Source: Tubiluchus corallicola (lineage: Eukaryota > Animalia > Priapulida). From it: 39,114 nt of DNA. Below are positions 26,543 to 38,576 of the stretch, one piece after another. The notes under the pieces were generated by a model, which saw only the letters and a program-made list of their open reading frames with translations, was not told the DNA's origin and did not search any database. The stretch covers positions 1-39,114 of the forward strand of contig JAQGDQ010000452.1 of NCBI GenBank assembly GCA_030141605.1. The letters are read 5' to 3'. The position numbers were made by a program, and so were the translations under genes. Position 1 is the stretch's first letter. Each line of letters begins with the position of its first letter.

Positions 26543-27714
26543 CAGTATAATCAACTTATAACGCTGTCTGCTATAACGAGACTTTGGTTATTACGAGCAA
26601 ATTTCAGTCCCATCAGGCTTTAATAATGTATTTAAACCTTGCTTACAACGTGGCCCGATGTTGCGAGATCTTGCTTATTACGCTGATATGTTCCGGCCCC
26701 GTTATTGTATTTACCCTGCATATAACAAGTTCTAAAACAATGGGCAAATAAGCATCATTCACCAAGGACAAAAAGGTCACTGTAGGATTTAGTTTATTAA
26801 GCGCAGCACAGACTTGCTCTGCTGTAATTGTAACTTAAGCGGCGATGATTCAGACGCAGGAAAGAAAACAGTTTGTCAACACGTTAGCTTGAAAGACGCA
26901 GTTGAAACCTTCGCTAAACTTTAGCAAATTTTTTTACCTGGCAACTGATAATGACAAGTTCTCAATGTTCTCATGCCTTTCATAACTAAACTTGTCAGCT
27001 TCTTGACTAAAGCTTAAATATGTACGGCAGAAAAAATAAGTTTTCAAAAAGTAAATCATTCTACTTTACAAACTAAGGAATTCAATAACTTTTCAAAGTT
27101 TATTTTTAATAAAAATGCTTTTTTAAATAATTACCGTTATTATAAGTAAATATAGGCATAGGCTAACCAGATTTAGGCTTAGTTATTAGCCAACGTGGGT
27201 CCTTCTGAAGTGCACATAAATCACCTTTAAATTAATTTCAAAGCTGTTCACTATTCACGCTACGTTTAAACCGATAAAAACTAGTCGTTTTTCACCCACA
27301 CACACACAGGCATCCGGGGTCCTGGGCCGGCAGTTAAATGTTTATAAATGTACTGTAACACCCACGTAAAACACGCTCAGCTATTAGCAGATGACACAAT
27401 GAATCACAGCAGTCAGCAGTGGTAATAGAAAAGCAGCTAGTGAGACGATTTCATGCAGTCCTAGAAAGAACACTGTCTGAACCCTACAATTTTACTCTTT
27501 TGTGATAAAATAGTTGCTTAACAATGGCACTCATTAAGAAACTTGTGCCAGTCTCAAAGGAAGTTGTTCTTTTCATCACTACATCATACGCCTTATAGGC
27601 TTCATTTCGATCTTGTATATACACTGAGATAATTGACCTCGGCTATAACGAGACTTAGTTATAATGAGCAAATTTTCACGGTCCCTATAAATTCGTTATA
27701 AGCGGATTGTACTG
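26543..27714. mobile_element. pogo/Tigger-like (Tc1/mariner) non-autonomous element in RPL18 intron 4
   Basis: TA target duplication at 26541-42 and 27715-16. TIR CAGTATAATCAACTTATAACG vs CAGTACAATCCGCTTATAACG. Subterminal GCTATAACGAGACTT at both ends. Internal remnant GDDSDAGKKTVCQHVSLKDAVETFAKL*. Confidence 0.8.
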
Positions 27715-27833
27715 TACATCTAAATCTACACAAGTAATACTTGTGCTGCCACACAGATGCGAACAAGCTGCATTTACACACATGAACCTTAGATGTCGCC
27801 ACACACATGTGCCAGCGTCTTAATGATGATTAC

Positions 27834-27957
27834 CTTGCATCAGGACAGTATTCTGGCCTTTGGGACATCGTAAAGCCAGCTGGTCAAAACTTAAAATTTC
27901 TCCTCCAGCCTTAAGAATTCGGCCACGAGCACGCTCTGTCACATGTAAAGCGCAAAC
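27834..27957 (-). CDS. RPL18: RPL18 exon 4
   Basis: [41 protein letters not shown](G); tttgcag acceptor, gtaatc donor. Confidence 0.98.
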
Positions 27958-28069
27958 CTGCAAAAATGCAATCATCAAACTAAAACAATGTTTGAAGCAA
28001 CAACATTATTATGTATTACAAAAATTTGAAACAATACTTTGGTAAAAAAAATGTCAAGGTAATCATAGT

Positions 28070-28426
28070 TAGGGGTGAGTTAGAAAGTTCAAATTCGCTT
28101 CGAACCTAAAATTATAGATTCGAATAATTCAGCACTTCAACCACATACGTTCTTTTGTCATTTTAACGTTTTAAACGTCACTCAATTAGCACAATTTAGC
28201 AGTGATTTCTGTGCACAATTTTTAAACTAATTATTAGTAGTTTTACTGCAGAACAAAATCGAGTAACAAGGCCTACGCATGATCCTTGTAAGACCGCTTT
28301 TTACTGAGGTTTTGAAAATCTTTCAAACTCAATTCGAATTCAAAATAATGAAATTCGGTTCGATTCCAATTCGAAAGTCACAAATTCGATTCGAATTCGA
28401 TTTCCCGTAGAGAATGCTCACCCCTA
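28070..28426. mobile_element. hAT-like MITE in RPL18 intron 3
   Basis: TIR TAGGGGTGAG / CTCACCCCTA, clustered subterminal ATTCGA motifs, degenerate 8-bp flanks atcatagt/ctcatgat. Confidence 0.65.
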
Positions 28427-29610
28427 CTCATGATAAATATGATGCCGTGCTGTGAAGTAATATTAGTATTCAGATAACTTTCACAACCTTGAAGGTGTCA
28501 ATAAATCGCTACTCTCATTCTGTTCTGTCAATTCACCTGTTACTCAATACTTTTCCCACATTACTGTTCCGTTACCTCTACATGCACCCTCAGGGCTGGC
28601 TTTTTTCAAGACAATTTCTCCTAATCGGCACTGCACTAGAGAATAGAGTAATTTACATCCATCTTTCTGTGCAAGCACAGTAATGCATTGAAAAGAGTGA
28701 TAATTGCCAATTTTGCTTCTGTCAGTTACTGAGAGACTGTTACTGCCGTCAGCTCTACTCTAAGTTTGGGCCACTATTAGGCCTACGTAGTGCTACGTAA
28801 GCTTAAGCAATCTTAAAGATAATTACATAGACTATTATATTATTGCAAATATAAATTTATGATACAAAACGGAAAGGCTTTTGCCAATGATATAATTCAT
28901 TTTCTTCAAGCACTCACTTGAGGGAGAAAAGGAGAGATTCCCCGGAATGGTTTCCACCACTATAATGTTCTATTTATCAAAACATACAATTGTCATTTTT
29001 CTCTTACATTTTTTAGTCAAAATAGCAGCCCGCCCATTCTCCATCTTTTTATACATTGGTAAATTACAGCTAACAAATGCATACAACTACATTTTTGATT
29101 TAATCTTTTTCCTGTGTTGGTATTTTGTTTGATAGTAGTTAAACGATAGATGTGTAGGAGCATTAAGCTAATCAAAAAACTCAGTTTAACATTGTTTTTG
29201 AAAAGATTACACTAAAATGACATGTGTCCTTTGCAAAACTGGGCCAGTTTAAGCGATGGACTTATTGGCAAAATTGTGAAGAACATACTAAGATTCATCT
29301 ATAAAATTGCACATCCCCTGACATGACTCATTCATTCACTTTAGACCATGCTGCCCTCTCACACGCAAACTCCCATGTCTCTGTAATGGTGTGTTGATAA
29401 AATTGGATGAAATTGATGACAGTCAGCAGCTGTCCTCCTTGTGGTTTCTTTTCTTTCTGCAGTGCCTCTTTGAAAGCTAATTTTTTTAGACTAATTTCCC
29501 TTAGAAATATCTACAGCACAGAAAGTGAGTGATCAACAAACAATACAATATCGAAAACACCCCCCAATGGCTACAATGACAAACAACTTATAAAACAGGT
29601 TGTCTTTTAC

Positions 29611-29709
29611 CTTCAATTTAGGAATTTGAAATATCCTCACATCATCCGTAATAGTACCAACGATGACTGCAATCTTGTCTTCGCGACCCTTTAATTTCAT
29701 CTTTCGCAC
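29611..29709 (-). CDS. RPL18: RPL18 exon 3
   Basis: [33 protein letters not shown]; tgtctag acceptor, gtaaaa donor, phase 0. Confidence 0.98.
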
Positions 29710-30392
29710 CTAGACAAAAAATAATTTTAAACTAAAAAGCAAACTAAACTGACAAATAAAGAAAAGCTAGTCAAAGTTATTCAAATCTTAGAACAGTGAG
29801 CTGCAACTATGAGCAGCATCAGGTACAGCAATATGGCAAACCTTGGAAAAACTGGAATCACCACTTTCTCCAGGCTCGATTAAATTGAAAAACGGAAATT
29901 TATTATCCATTTTCATAGACAGACAATAGTGTCAAAGAATGATGTTTGTTACAGCGTTGTAAAAAATGCAAATAAACCCTGAATATTAGGTGATTTCTTA
30001 TTACTGTTAATCGTGTAAAAATCATCATCTTACGACTAATGTTTTAACAAATTGCTTGATTTACAGCTTCATCTTTATTAACGTTACACACACAATAGCG
30101 ACAATCACTACTTTACGACTACCAGTTAACTGAAAATGCAGGATTACACATGTAAACAATATTAAACATTTACGGTGTCACAAGCAGCTGTACAGATGAT
30201 TGCAGCCAGATAAAAAGATTCTGCTGTACACAGATTTCAGATCTACGCCTAACTATACAGTTACAAAAAATGCCAACCAAGAACAGACAGACCATGACTG
30301 AGTGAATCACTGTGCGTGATCAATAATGCAAGGGCTAGAACACACAAAAAACACTTGAATTTCAAGCAAATCAGTGAAATTAACCAACTTAC

Positions 30393-30587
30393 CAGCCTAG
30401 CCAGTGAAACTGGTGGACGGTTATTTTTACTCATAAATAACCGTTTTAAAATAATTTTGTTGAACTTGGCATTTGTCCTACGAGCTAAGAATCTGTACAG
30501 TTTTACAAGCAGCAATAAATACACATCTTGACTCCTAGGCTTCTTTCTCACTGGTTTCCGATCATTTTTGTGGCATATATCAACACC
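30393..30587 (-). CDS. RPL18: RPL18 exon 2
   Basis: [65 protein letters not shown]; ttttag acceptor, gtaagt donor. Confidence 0.98.
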
Positions 30588-30645
30588 CTAAAATAAAAAA
30601 TAGTACGTTCACTATATTTAATCAAACAGAATTAACGTAAACGTT

Positions 30646-30654
30646 AAAATGGCG
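30646..30654 (+). promoter_or_regulatory. YY1-type site AAAATGGCG in RPL18 intron 1
   Basis: Matches AANATGGCG; such sites are commonly found just downstream of ribosomal-protein TSSs. Confidence 0.4.
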
Positions 30655-30700
30655 AAGATTATCTAAGATTTAAAAGGAAATTTTAGAATTACAAATTCAC

Positions 30701-30703
30701 CAT
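30701..30703 (-). CDS. RPL18: RPL18 exon 1 (ATG only)
   Basis: gccaaaATG|gtgaat. Exon lengths sum to 567 nt = 188 aa + stop. Confidence 0.93.
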
Positions 30704-30715
30704 TTTGGCTATACG

Positions 30716-30742
30716 CCGGAAAAGGAAGAGGATTGTGGGAAA
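30716..30742 (-). promoter_or_regulatory. RPL18: TCT initiator / 5'TOP tract of RPL18, overlapped by TTCCCACAATCC
   Basis: Minus strand tttcccacaatcCTCTTCCTTTTCCGG, ~27 nt before the ATG; matches YC+1TYTYY. Confidence 0.85.
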
Positions 30743-31309
30743 CACGACGATCGTGGAAAGTGGCGGTGGCAGCACTGTCGGGGCGCTTCTAGAGTGCTGT
30801 CTGCTATCTACTACCGTCACAGTTTAAACGATAGTATTACATATTATTATACATATACTAACTTATACATGTAATGCTATTATATAAACTGTATTACCGT
30901 CTGCTACTGCTACCCTAAAGTAGTAAAGACGGCTCGTCGCACAGAGCCTCAGGCCAGTCAGTTAAACTGTGCGCGACTGTGCCTTACACTCTTGGTTTTA
31001 ACATACTTGAATCTTATACAATACATATACTTCATTCATATTAAAATTTAGCCTTGTATGCGTATTGTCATTATTATCTCACCGATTAAACTCAGGTGTT
31101 GGTAAGAAAGCTATCTGTCCAGCCGTTGACTCTTGTGTTATCTGTGTCAATGTGTATTGCTTTGCCAATGTACATTGTACGTATTTGTGCAAATAAAACT
31201 GAATTGAATTGAATTGTATATGCATGCAACTATTGTACAACTTCGTTGCTAGCCCTGTGTACAGCCTGCTAGTCTTAAAAATCACTGCGCAACACAGTTA
31301 CAGTTACGA

Positions 31310-31845
31310 TGCATCATATTTTTATATGCACATAGGAATAAACTAATGAGCATTTTCGTAAGAAACAAACCAGTAAATCATAGGATATTTAAGATATAGT
31401 CTTGCGAAATAATCCGCACATGCAAAACCATAAACTATAACTTGAAATCTTGAATCTAATGCACGGTCAAATTATGTAAAATGTTTGACCAGCATACAAT
31501 GGGGGCTGGTTCCCGTATACCAGCAAGACAAACACGTAGATTCTACGCTAAATTAACTTGACTACTGCAGTCATACATAACAGTTTAAAATTGCACTTAT
31601 TTTTGGCATAATGATTCCATTAACTTGTTAGTCAGTTCCAGCACATATGCAGTTCCTGTACTGGCTCAGCATATTACTCATCCAGCCCTATGAAAGCAAT
31701 GCTGCAACCATGCCAAAACTGAACCAGCAGTGTAACAACATAATGTTAAAATAAATGTGGCAGGCATCACTGGCTCTGTTAAGGTATAGCATTTTACCAC
31801 CATGGCCAGAATAAGTCGTTTTCGCCAAAACTGATCTGTAACTAA
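31310..31845 (-). pseudogene. Heavily decayed SLC22/MFS-like transporter fragment
   Basis: Ordered motifs across frames: VTDQFWRKRLIL (cf. DxFGRK), SFGMVAAL/FIGL, TAYVLEL, IYWFVSYENAH* (cf. YWxxPESxRW). Many stops and frameshifts. Confidence 0.45.
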
Positions 31846-32179
31846 TGATTATGTTGACTGGGCGAAGCATTCACTATCAATGACTTATGATAAACGCTGC
31901 GTAGAAATTTTTTTAATTAATTTAATCATTACATCTTGCAGTGCTGTTGAGCATTAGAAAATTCCTGTGACACAGTTAGCAAAATTGCAATTGATTATTG
32001 TTGTTTTATTTTAATTTTTTTGTTTCCATGGATATTATGTGCATTACACTGTTCTAAGCGCACTTACAGCTACTTGGCGGTGTTCATAAGGAACTAGTCG
32101 TAAAACCCGGACGCTAATATAAATGGAGCCGATGCAAGCAGGGACAAACAGATATGTACATAGCTGTAAATTGCTCTTC

Positions 32180-32193
32180 GTTGCCATGACAAC
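32180..32193. promoter_or_regulatory. RFX X-box GTTGCCATGACAAC near the likely promoter of the WAP/Tg1 gene
   Basis: One mismatch to the palindromic X-box. TATAAA at 32118-32123, CpG-richer patch, possible donor CAG|gtagac right after. Confidence 0.45.
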
Positions 32194-32408
32194 AGGTAGA
32201 CGTTCGAGAGTCGTTGTGGCGCGAACTTTTCAGTACTTGAGGCTTGATGCGTATCAGAAATTGTGTATTGCACTACGTTTGTGGATATAATACTTTCAGT
32301 GCGTATCTACGTAATAGTAATCCTTAAGCTTTGTTTATAGTGGCTCAGTCGGACCTTTGCTCAAGCCACTTTTAGTCAAAGGCAGAGAACGTTAAGCCTT
32401 TTTATTTC

Positions 32409-32690
32409 AAGGTTGTCACAATATTTCTAAATTCTAGCAAATATTGTGACAATGTGGACGTGCCACAACATAGTACCAGTATTTTTAACAGTATGTTTTT
32501 CCATATTGCGACAATGTTGTGACAATATGGAAAAAAATAATGTCACATAACATTGGTACTGTCTACTGGTACAATAATGAGAAAAATATTGTCAAAAAAT
32601 ATTAGTGCAGTGTTGTGGCTGAAAAGTCCATATTTCCATATTGTCCCAATATTTGCAAAAACACTGTGGCAATATTTTTCTTGCAACCTT
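32409..32690. mobile_element. Small MITE-like element with internal ATATTGTGACAAT motifs
   Basis: Ends AAGGTTG / CAACCTT, with many direct and inverted ttgtgacaat copies between. Confidence 0.45.
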
Positions 32691-33551
32691 ACTAAGTTAT
32701 AGGGACCTAGAGTTGAAATGGGTTGAAGTCAAATAGTAGTAACATACATACGTCATTGACATTAGTAATTCGGTGCCAATTTCTTCCTTTTTTCTTTCAC
32801 CTGAATATATATATGTCATGTCAATATCAGCTTTAGCTTATAGTTTAGTTTTCAAGATCCTGTAGAAAATGGAAATACCATATTAATAATTAAGTAAACT
32901 ATATAAATTACAAATATACGGACATTATACTAGCAAACAAACAAAGGGTTTAGAGTTTTATTAAATAGGTACTGGCTTCGACCAAGAAAGTAAACTTGTG
33001 GAGATCAGAGCAGAAAAGCAAAATAGAAGGAAAAGAGAGTAAATATTAAACATGTTATGAAAGTAAATATTATAGCATTAGTGTTGACTGTTAACATTTC
33101 ACTATATATTGTTAATTTAGTTGCATATGTATTTGGTACTTATGTTCAGGAAATTTACTGATGGGGCAAAAAGAGCAGGTCAAATTTAAATAATTTGTAT
33201 CTTTATGTGTAATTTTAAATGCCTGTTGATGCAACAGGTAAATATCTCACCTATTTTACAATAACAAAATTTCCAGCTTAGGTTACCTTTCAATTATTTA
33301 AGCAGCTAACTTAGTACTTAGGAGTCAACGCATTCTTTGGAAGTTGTTCTGCAACTAGGTTTAAAAACTTAAAGTAGTGATTTTTGAGATCAAATTGGTT
33401 AGTGTGTGTGGTGCATGAGCCATACGAAGAGGAAATGTTGGGAAGTGAATATCATGGGTAAAGAGTTAGTCTTTAAAGAAGTCTGTTAATGGGTGATAAT
33501 TTGTGTGATAGTTTTTTGCTTTTCAGATTTGCTGTGTCAACATTACTCGGC

Positions 33552-33618
33552 ATGTGTTACTTAAGAACCTGCACTCTTCTGCTGGTTGTGGTGCATAGCT
33601 TCATTAATATTGCTAGAG
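33552..33618 (+). CDS. Secreted WAP/thyroglobulin-1 protein, signal-peptide exon
   Basis: MCYLRTCTLLLVVVHSFINIAR(G); upstream acceptor tttttgcttttcag ending 33526; phase-1 donor G|gtttgc joins the WAP exon in frame. Confidence 0.75.
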
Positions 33619-33643
33619 GTTTGCAAAATATTAAAGCGAACTA

Positions 33644-34224
33644 TTAAAAGGACTAGTCACGTAATATGTTTGGTTTATTTTATTGTTATCACTTAAACTT
33701 TGAAAAATGTAACAAAGCAATTTGCAAAAATTGTCTGTAAACCATAAAGTTTGTTTATGCAGCCGCTGTATAGAAATTCTCGGGCGTGGTGGTAGCCGCC
33801 ATTCACTAGAAAATTATGACGTAAGTGGTGAACTTCATGACTTTTTGTAAGTAGAAGCGCCCTAGCACGAAATGTTCACTACTTTAAAGTGATTTATTAT
33901 AATTACATGAGACGCTTATCAAATTTTTATTACTAAATCATTCTCCAATTTTTCCCCAATAGTGAAATAAACCTAACTTTTCAGACGGTTTGGCATTTTG
34001 GCATTTCCTTTAATAACATAATATATTAAAACAGGCTGCTGTTTTAGGAAACTTTAAAAACAGGCTAATACATGTATATATATATATACATATATTTGAA
34101 TAGCTATAAAAGTTGTAGTCACTGTTAAACTCAAATGAATATTTTAAACAAAAAGTACTTTACAAATTGTATACAAATTTAAGCCATAACTAAAAAACTA
34201 ATGGATTTCTGACTAGACTTTTCA
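33644..34224. mobile_element. TTAA-type (Kolobok-like) MITE inserted ~25 bp into the intron
   Basis: ttaaAAGGACTAGTCACGTAAT vs reverse complement tgaaAAGTCTAGTCAGAAAT, with further weak inverted similarity inward. Confidence 0.55.
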
Positions 34225-34605
34225 CATTTTTTTAAATGTCTTTAGTTTGCGGCTTTTAAATGCAAAGTATTTTTAAATGCAAATTTGAAAATTTAAGTTT
34301 ATACCATTAGAAATAAAGTTATGTTTTTCGAAGATGTATATTTTTGTCTAATAGCAGATGCACAACTAGTAATTTTACACAAATCTGTATAATAGTCAAG
34401 AAGGAGTTAAGGAATCTTAATAATAATGTTTCCTGCTATTTCGTCTGCACACATAGGTCAGTGTTTGTAGTTTTTGCTAAAATGCTTTTTATAGGATTCG
34501 GTTTTAATGTAACACTACATATACTTATGTTTTAATTACATTTGCTGTTATTTTATTTATTTTTATATATTAGATTTATATTTTATATATTATTTTTACA
34601 TATTT

Positions 34606-34611
<6 letters not shown>

Positions 34612-34654
<43 letters not shown>

Positions 34655-34655
34655 T
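34612..34655. repeat. (TA)n microsatellite
   Basis: Read directly. Confidence 0.9.
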
Positions 34656-34837
34656 ATTATTTTTGCCTATTTTTTGTCAAAATTTATTAGCACCTTCGCC
34701 ATTATAACGATATAAGTTGATATGTATGTATAACATGTGCAAGGTAATCCAATTCCTGTTACACTCAGCTCATTAACTAAAATGCAACATGCAGCAGATT
34801 AAATAATTTGGTTTTTCTAATATTTTATGTGAAACAG

Positions 34838-34996
34838 GCTTAAGGAATCCTTGTCTTTCTCCAAGCTACATTCAGATGGTTGACCGAGAATGTCCAACAA
34901 AGCAATGCAAAACCAATGATGACTGCGCACCAAACATGGAACTGTGTTGCACTTTTGATGGTTGTGGTCGCGTTTGCTTTCAACCTGAGTTAACGG
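34838..34996 (+). CDS. WAP four-disulfide-core domain exon
   Basis: (G)LRNPCLSPSYIQMVDRECPTKQCKTNDDCAPNMELCCTFDGCGRVCFQPELT: 8 Cys in C-C-CxxxxDC-CC-GCGxxC spacing; phase 1-1 exon. Confidence 0.9.
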
Positions 34997-35092
34997 GTAT
35001 TCACGTTTTTTCTTTATTTTTTTCCGTTTTGAAACTCTTGACTATGTAACTGCTGCATGGGAGAATTGACAGCGCCTCATTGAACGGCATGA

Positions 35093-35295
35093 ATTGATGT
35101 CAAGCATAACGTCAATCATTTTCGTTGACTGCCCAAGTTGACTTGCATTGACGTCAAGCATAACGTCAATCATTCTCGTTGACTGCCCAAGTTGACTTGC
35201 ATTGACGTCAAGCATAACGTCAATCATTCTCGTTGACTTGCATTGACGTCAAGCATAACGTTAGTCATTCTCGTTGACTGCGCAAGTTGACTTGC
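35093..35295. repeat. 54-bp minisatellite (4 units, one shortened) carrying TTGACGTCAA palindromes
   Basis: Units start at 35093, 35147, 35201 and 35242. Confidence 0.92.
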
Positions 35296-36599
35296 ATCAG
35301 AGTGCAAGTTTTTACACACCCCTGCACAGCCTACTTAATGTCGGTGCTTTCGGGACATTTAGATGCATTTAGCCAGGCATCTGATAGTGTTATGAAAAAT
35401 GCTCAACTTTTCATTAGTTAGTGGGAGAAACATTGGCCTGGTTCTATTATTGTCAATTGAAATTGCAAGTGAATAAGTGAAAATATATAGTCTAGTTTTG
35501 TTTATTATAGGAAGAAATGCACAACGCTTACGTCTATGAATTGCTGATTAAACCGTTTTGCTATCAAAAAATACGCAGTTTACTTTAGTTTATGACTTTG
35601 AAAGTTAGATAAAAATAACTATTTGATTAACTTTAAAAATGGACAAATGAACCTAACGAGGTTACACAGATCATATGGCACTGCTTTAGCATTCGCAAGC
35701 GTTAAACGGGAATTACCTGAACAGAGTTGGGAAGTAATTTATAACATCAGGTCATTGAAGCATGCTTTCGTAGGCATAATGATTCAAAGTTAACCAGTAT
35801 GTAAAACTTACGGCCTGCGAACCACGTTTATGCAGGTTGTAGAGACTAAGCTAGTCGGTCAGCAATAGTTGAGGCATAGCCGCAGAGTTGAGCTCATTCA
35901 CAGGAATCCGGGACAGCTGTCATGATTATAAGTAAGCCAGCACACTTGTGGAAACCCCCCATTTGGGCAAAATCTTTTCAGAAGTTCTCAGGCAAAATGT
36001 TTTCTTTTCTGGTCAGTTTTTATAAACCTCAATGAGACCTTCACAGTCCAAATTATTTCAAATGTGGTCAAAATTTATATTATATATATATATTTATGTC
36101 GATGTAATATTGGTTAATTTTACGCTATTTTTCTGGTTATAATCATGGTGAAAAGCTGTCATTGGGACATATGTAACTCGGGCATTCAATATAAGGTTCG
36201 TCTATGGAATAGAACAATCAAATTTATTTATTTTCCATAGTCTAACAAACGGAAAAATATAAAAATTGGATAAATGTTGCAGACGAGCAGATGATCAGTT
36301 AATATACAAAAAATACATCGCAGTCATGATATCTTCATGGCTCAAAGGCAAGAGGAACTCAATATTTTTGTTATTCATTTAGCTTAAAGCAAGGCTAACT
36401 GGCATAGTTTCTTTATAATAATACTTATGTCTTTTCATCTTTGAAACTTCATCTCTACATTCTGTTTAAATTGAAAAGTCATTTTTTGAAGTTTTAATTT
36501 CGTTAAAAAATAACTGCTGCTCTGCAAATTTGTTTTTGTGAAAAAGAGCAATCAGTTTATCTGCTGATTAAATATTACCTGTCATGTTGTTTACTAAAG

Positions 36600-36670
36600 A
36601 CAGTTGTTATAAAGCGAGAGCTGCTGTCCCAAATGCCGCTGGGCGTGCTTACGTCACAGTGGACGCGTAA
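36600..36670 (+). pseudogene. Decayed thyroglobulin type-1 pseudoexon (or short alternative last exon)
   Basis: aag|(D)SCYKARAAVPNAAGRAYV then TVDA*. Phase-1 compatible and resembles the Tg1 start C...R.......G.YVPQC. Confidence 0.5.
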
Positions 36671-37190
36671 CGATAGACCAATTGAGATCTTAGTATTTTG
36701 ATAATATCTCTTAGAATGTAATAGCTCTTGCTCAGTTTCCTAAATTTTTGTTGTGTTAGGGATAATAATTTTATGTAGTATTGTTAATTTGCATTTTGGA
36801 CATTAAGGCCAGCATGATAATTGTTGTTGAGTGCGACTCTTGACGTGGAAGGTATTGGATGGATTTTTTTCATTCCGATCAAGATTTTAGGAGTAAGAGA
36901 GCGAGTAACCTGACTTACCCCATGTTGCCAGTGACCAAAATTATTAGTGGCTTTTCCGCCCTGTTAATAACCGCCGTGAAAGAAAATGCTAAATATTGAG
37001 TTAGAAATAAATGACTGGAATCTTTGGACATGGTGATGAGACATAGCAATGGCAAAGCAAAGAAATAATGGAATGATAAAATGTCAGTTTAAGCATTAAG
37101 CTATTAGTGAAGACCTAAATTTCTGCCCAGAGCCATCTCAAAATGCCAAAAATACATTAAATTGATCAACCAAAATTACTGCACAAAGTA

Positions 37191-37661
37191 CAGTAGGCAG
37201 CACTTAGTAGATTCATTTTGGGATGGAAGTGTTTTGACCTAATTAACTGACTGAGTCGGTTAGCTGACGGATTTAGTGTATTACTGCTATACAAGTATGA
37301 GTCCTCACTCATCTGCTTACTATACATTGTAAAGGTTTTAAATGAATTTTAGAAACGAATTAATGTAAAAAATACCTATGTGCAATTATTTAAGAAGCAT
37401 AATTTATATAAGTGAATTAATAAAAAAGGTAAAAATTGCAAAAATCTGATTATTGCCATTAAAAATTGCAAAAATTCATGCAAGGTCGGTTTGAGTATTT
37501 AAGTACGTGAAGGTAAAATACTGAGTCAATTTTGCGGAGTTATTTGAGTCAATTACCGATAATTTTTACATACATTTGATAGGAGCGGCAGTGCCATGTG
37601 TTTCTGAGTCGAGTAAACGACTGAGTCTATTAGCCGTGAGTCTAATTTACGGTGCCTACTG
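37191..37661. mobile_element. pogo/Tigger-like MITE
   Basis: TA flanks; TIR CAGTAGGCAGC vs CAGTAGGCACC; repeated internal TGAGTC motifs. Confidence 0.7.
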
Positions 37662-38576
37662 TACTAGTTAACACATGTTAAAGAGCTAACACATGTTAAA
37701 CAGTTATTAGATCAGTGGTTACTCTCTTACAACTACAAAAAAGCAATTGCGTTCAAGCCTTATAAAGTTAAAATGCGAAAATACTAACTCAGTCAGATTA
37801 ACAACAAGTTGGTACAACCAACCGGGTTGAATCAATGAACATTCAATGAAAGAGTCATAAGATGCCAGACAAATTGACAACAAATTACCATTAAAGCCTA
37901 GTATCTATTACAGTAACTGTTAGCAAGTAGAAACTGTATAACTCAGTAATGAAAACCATAGAGAAGCAGTCACCATAACAAAAAGGACTCTCCCTTTTGG
38001 CCATTCGGCTTATCATGATAATGTGCAAGAATGAGAACTTGTTTGAACTTGTGGTCATGCAGCTCCCTCTGGTGATCAACACTAGAGATGGTCGCCATAA
38101 ATGCACTGTATGTATGCTTATCCTCGCTGTTTCAAAAAGAATAAAAGAGTGAACAAAAAGCCTGTAGGTAAACAAAAGCAATTCTCACAATTGTATCAAA
38201 AGCATTTTCCTTTGAAATTCTGAAAAGATTACTTTCACTGCTTGCAAGTAACAAAATATATATTTGCTGGCATTCTGAATTACGGGTAATGCATAATTAG
38301 AGCTGACGTGATGTCACAAGTAAACAAAAACAATGCTACAGTATGGCAACATTCTCAATACACTGTTAGTTGAAACATTTTTCTTCATAATTTTTTGCAA
38401 GAACTAGTGTACTGACGTACGGTACATGTACTGAATAGACTGCCATATTTTCTAAGAATAATCACCAGCCTTTTTGTATACAACAGTTATTTACAGTTTG
38501 TTTGCTGGCCTGCTGCCTTTTTAATAGACTTTTGTAGCTTTTTACAGTTTCTTCACTAATTTCTTTTACATTTAAG

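Noticed and set aside
29222-29262. GUCC..GGAC-ACA hairpin in RPL18 intron 3 as an H/ACA RNA
   Set aside because: No upstream H box and the pocket-to-ACA distance is too short.
29819-30028. C box (ATGATGA) in RPL18 intron 2 as a C/D snoRNA
   Set aside because: The nearest D box (CTGA) is ~200 nt away and I saw no terminal stem or guide.
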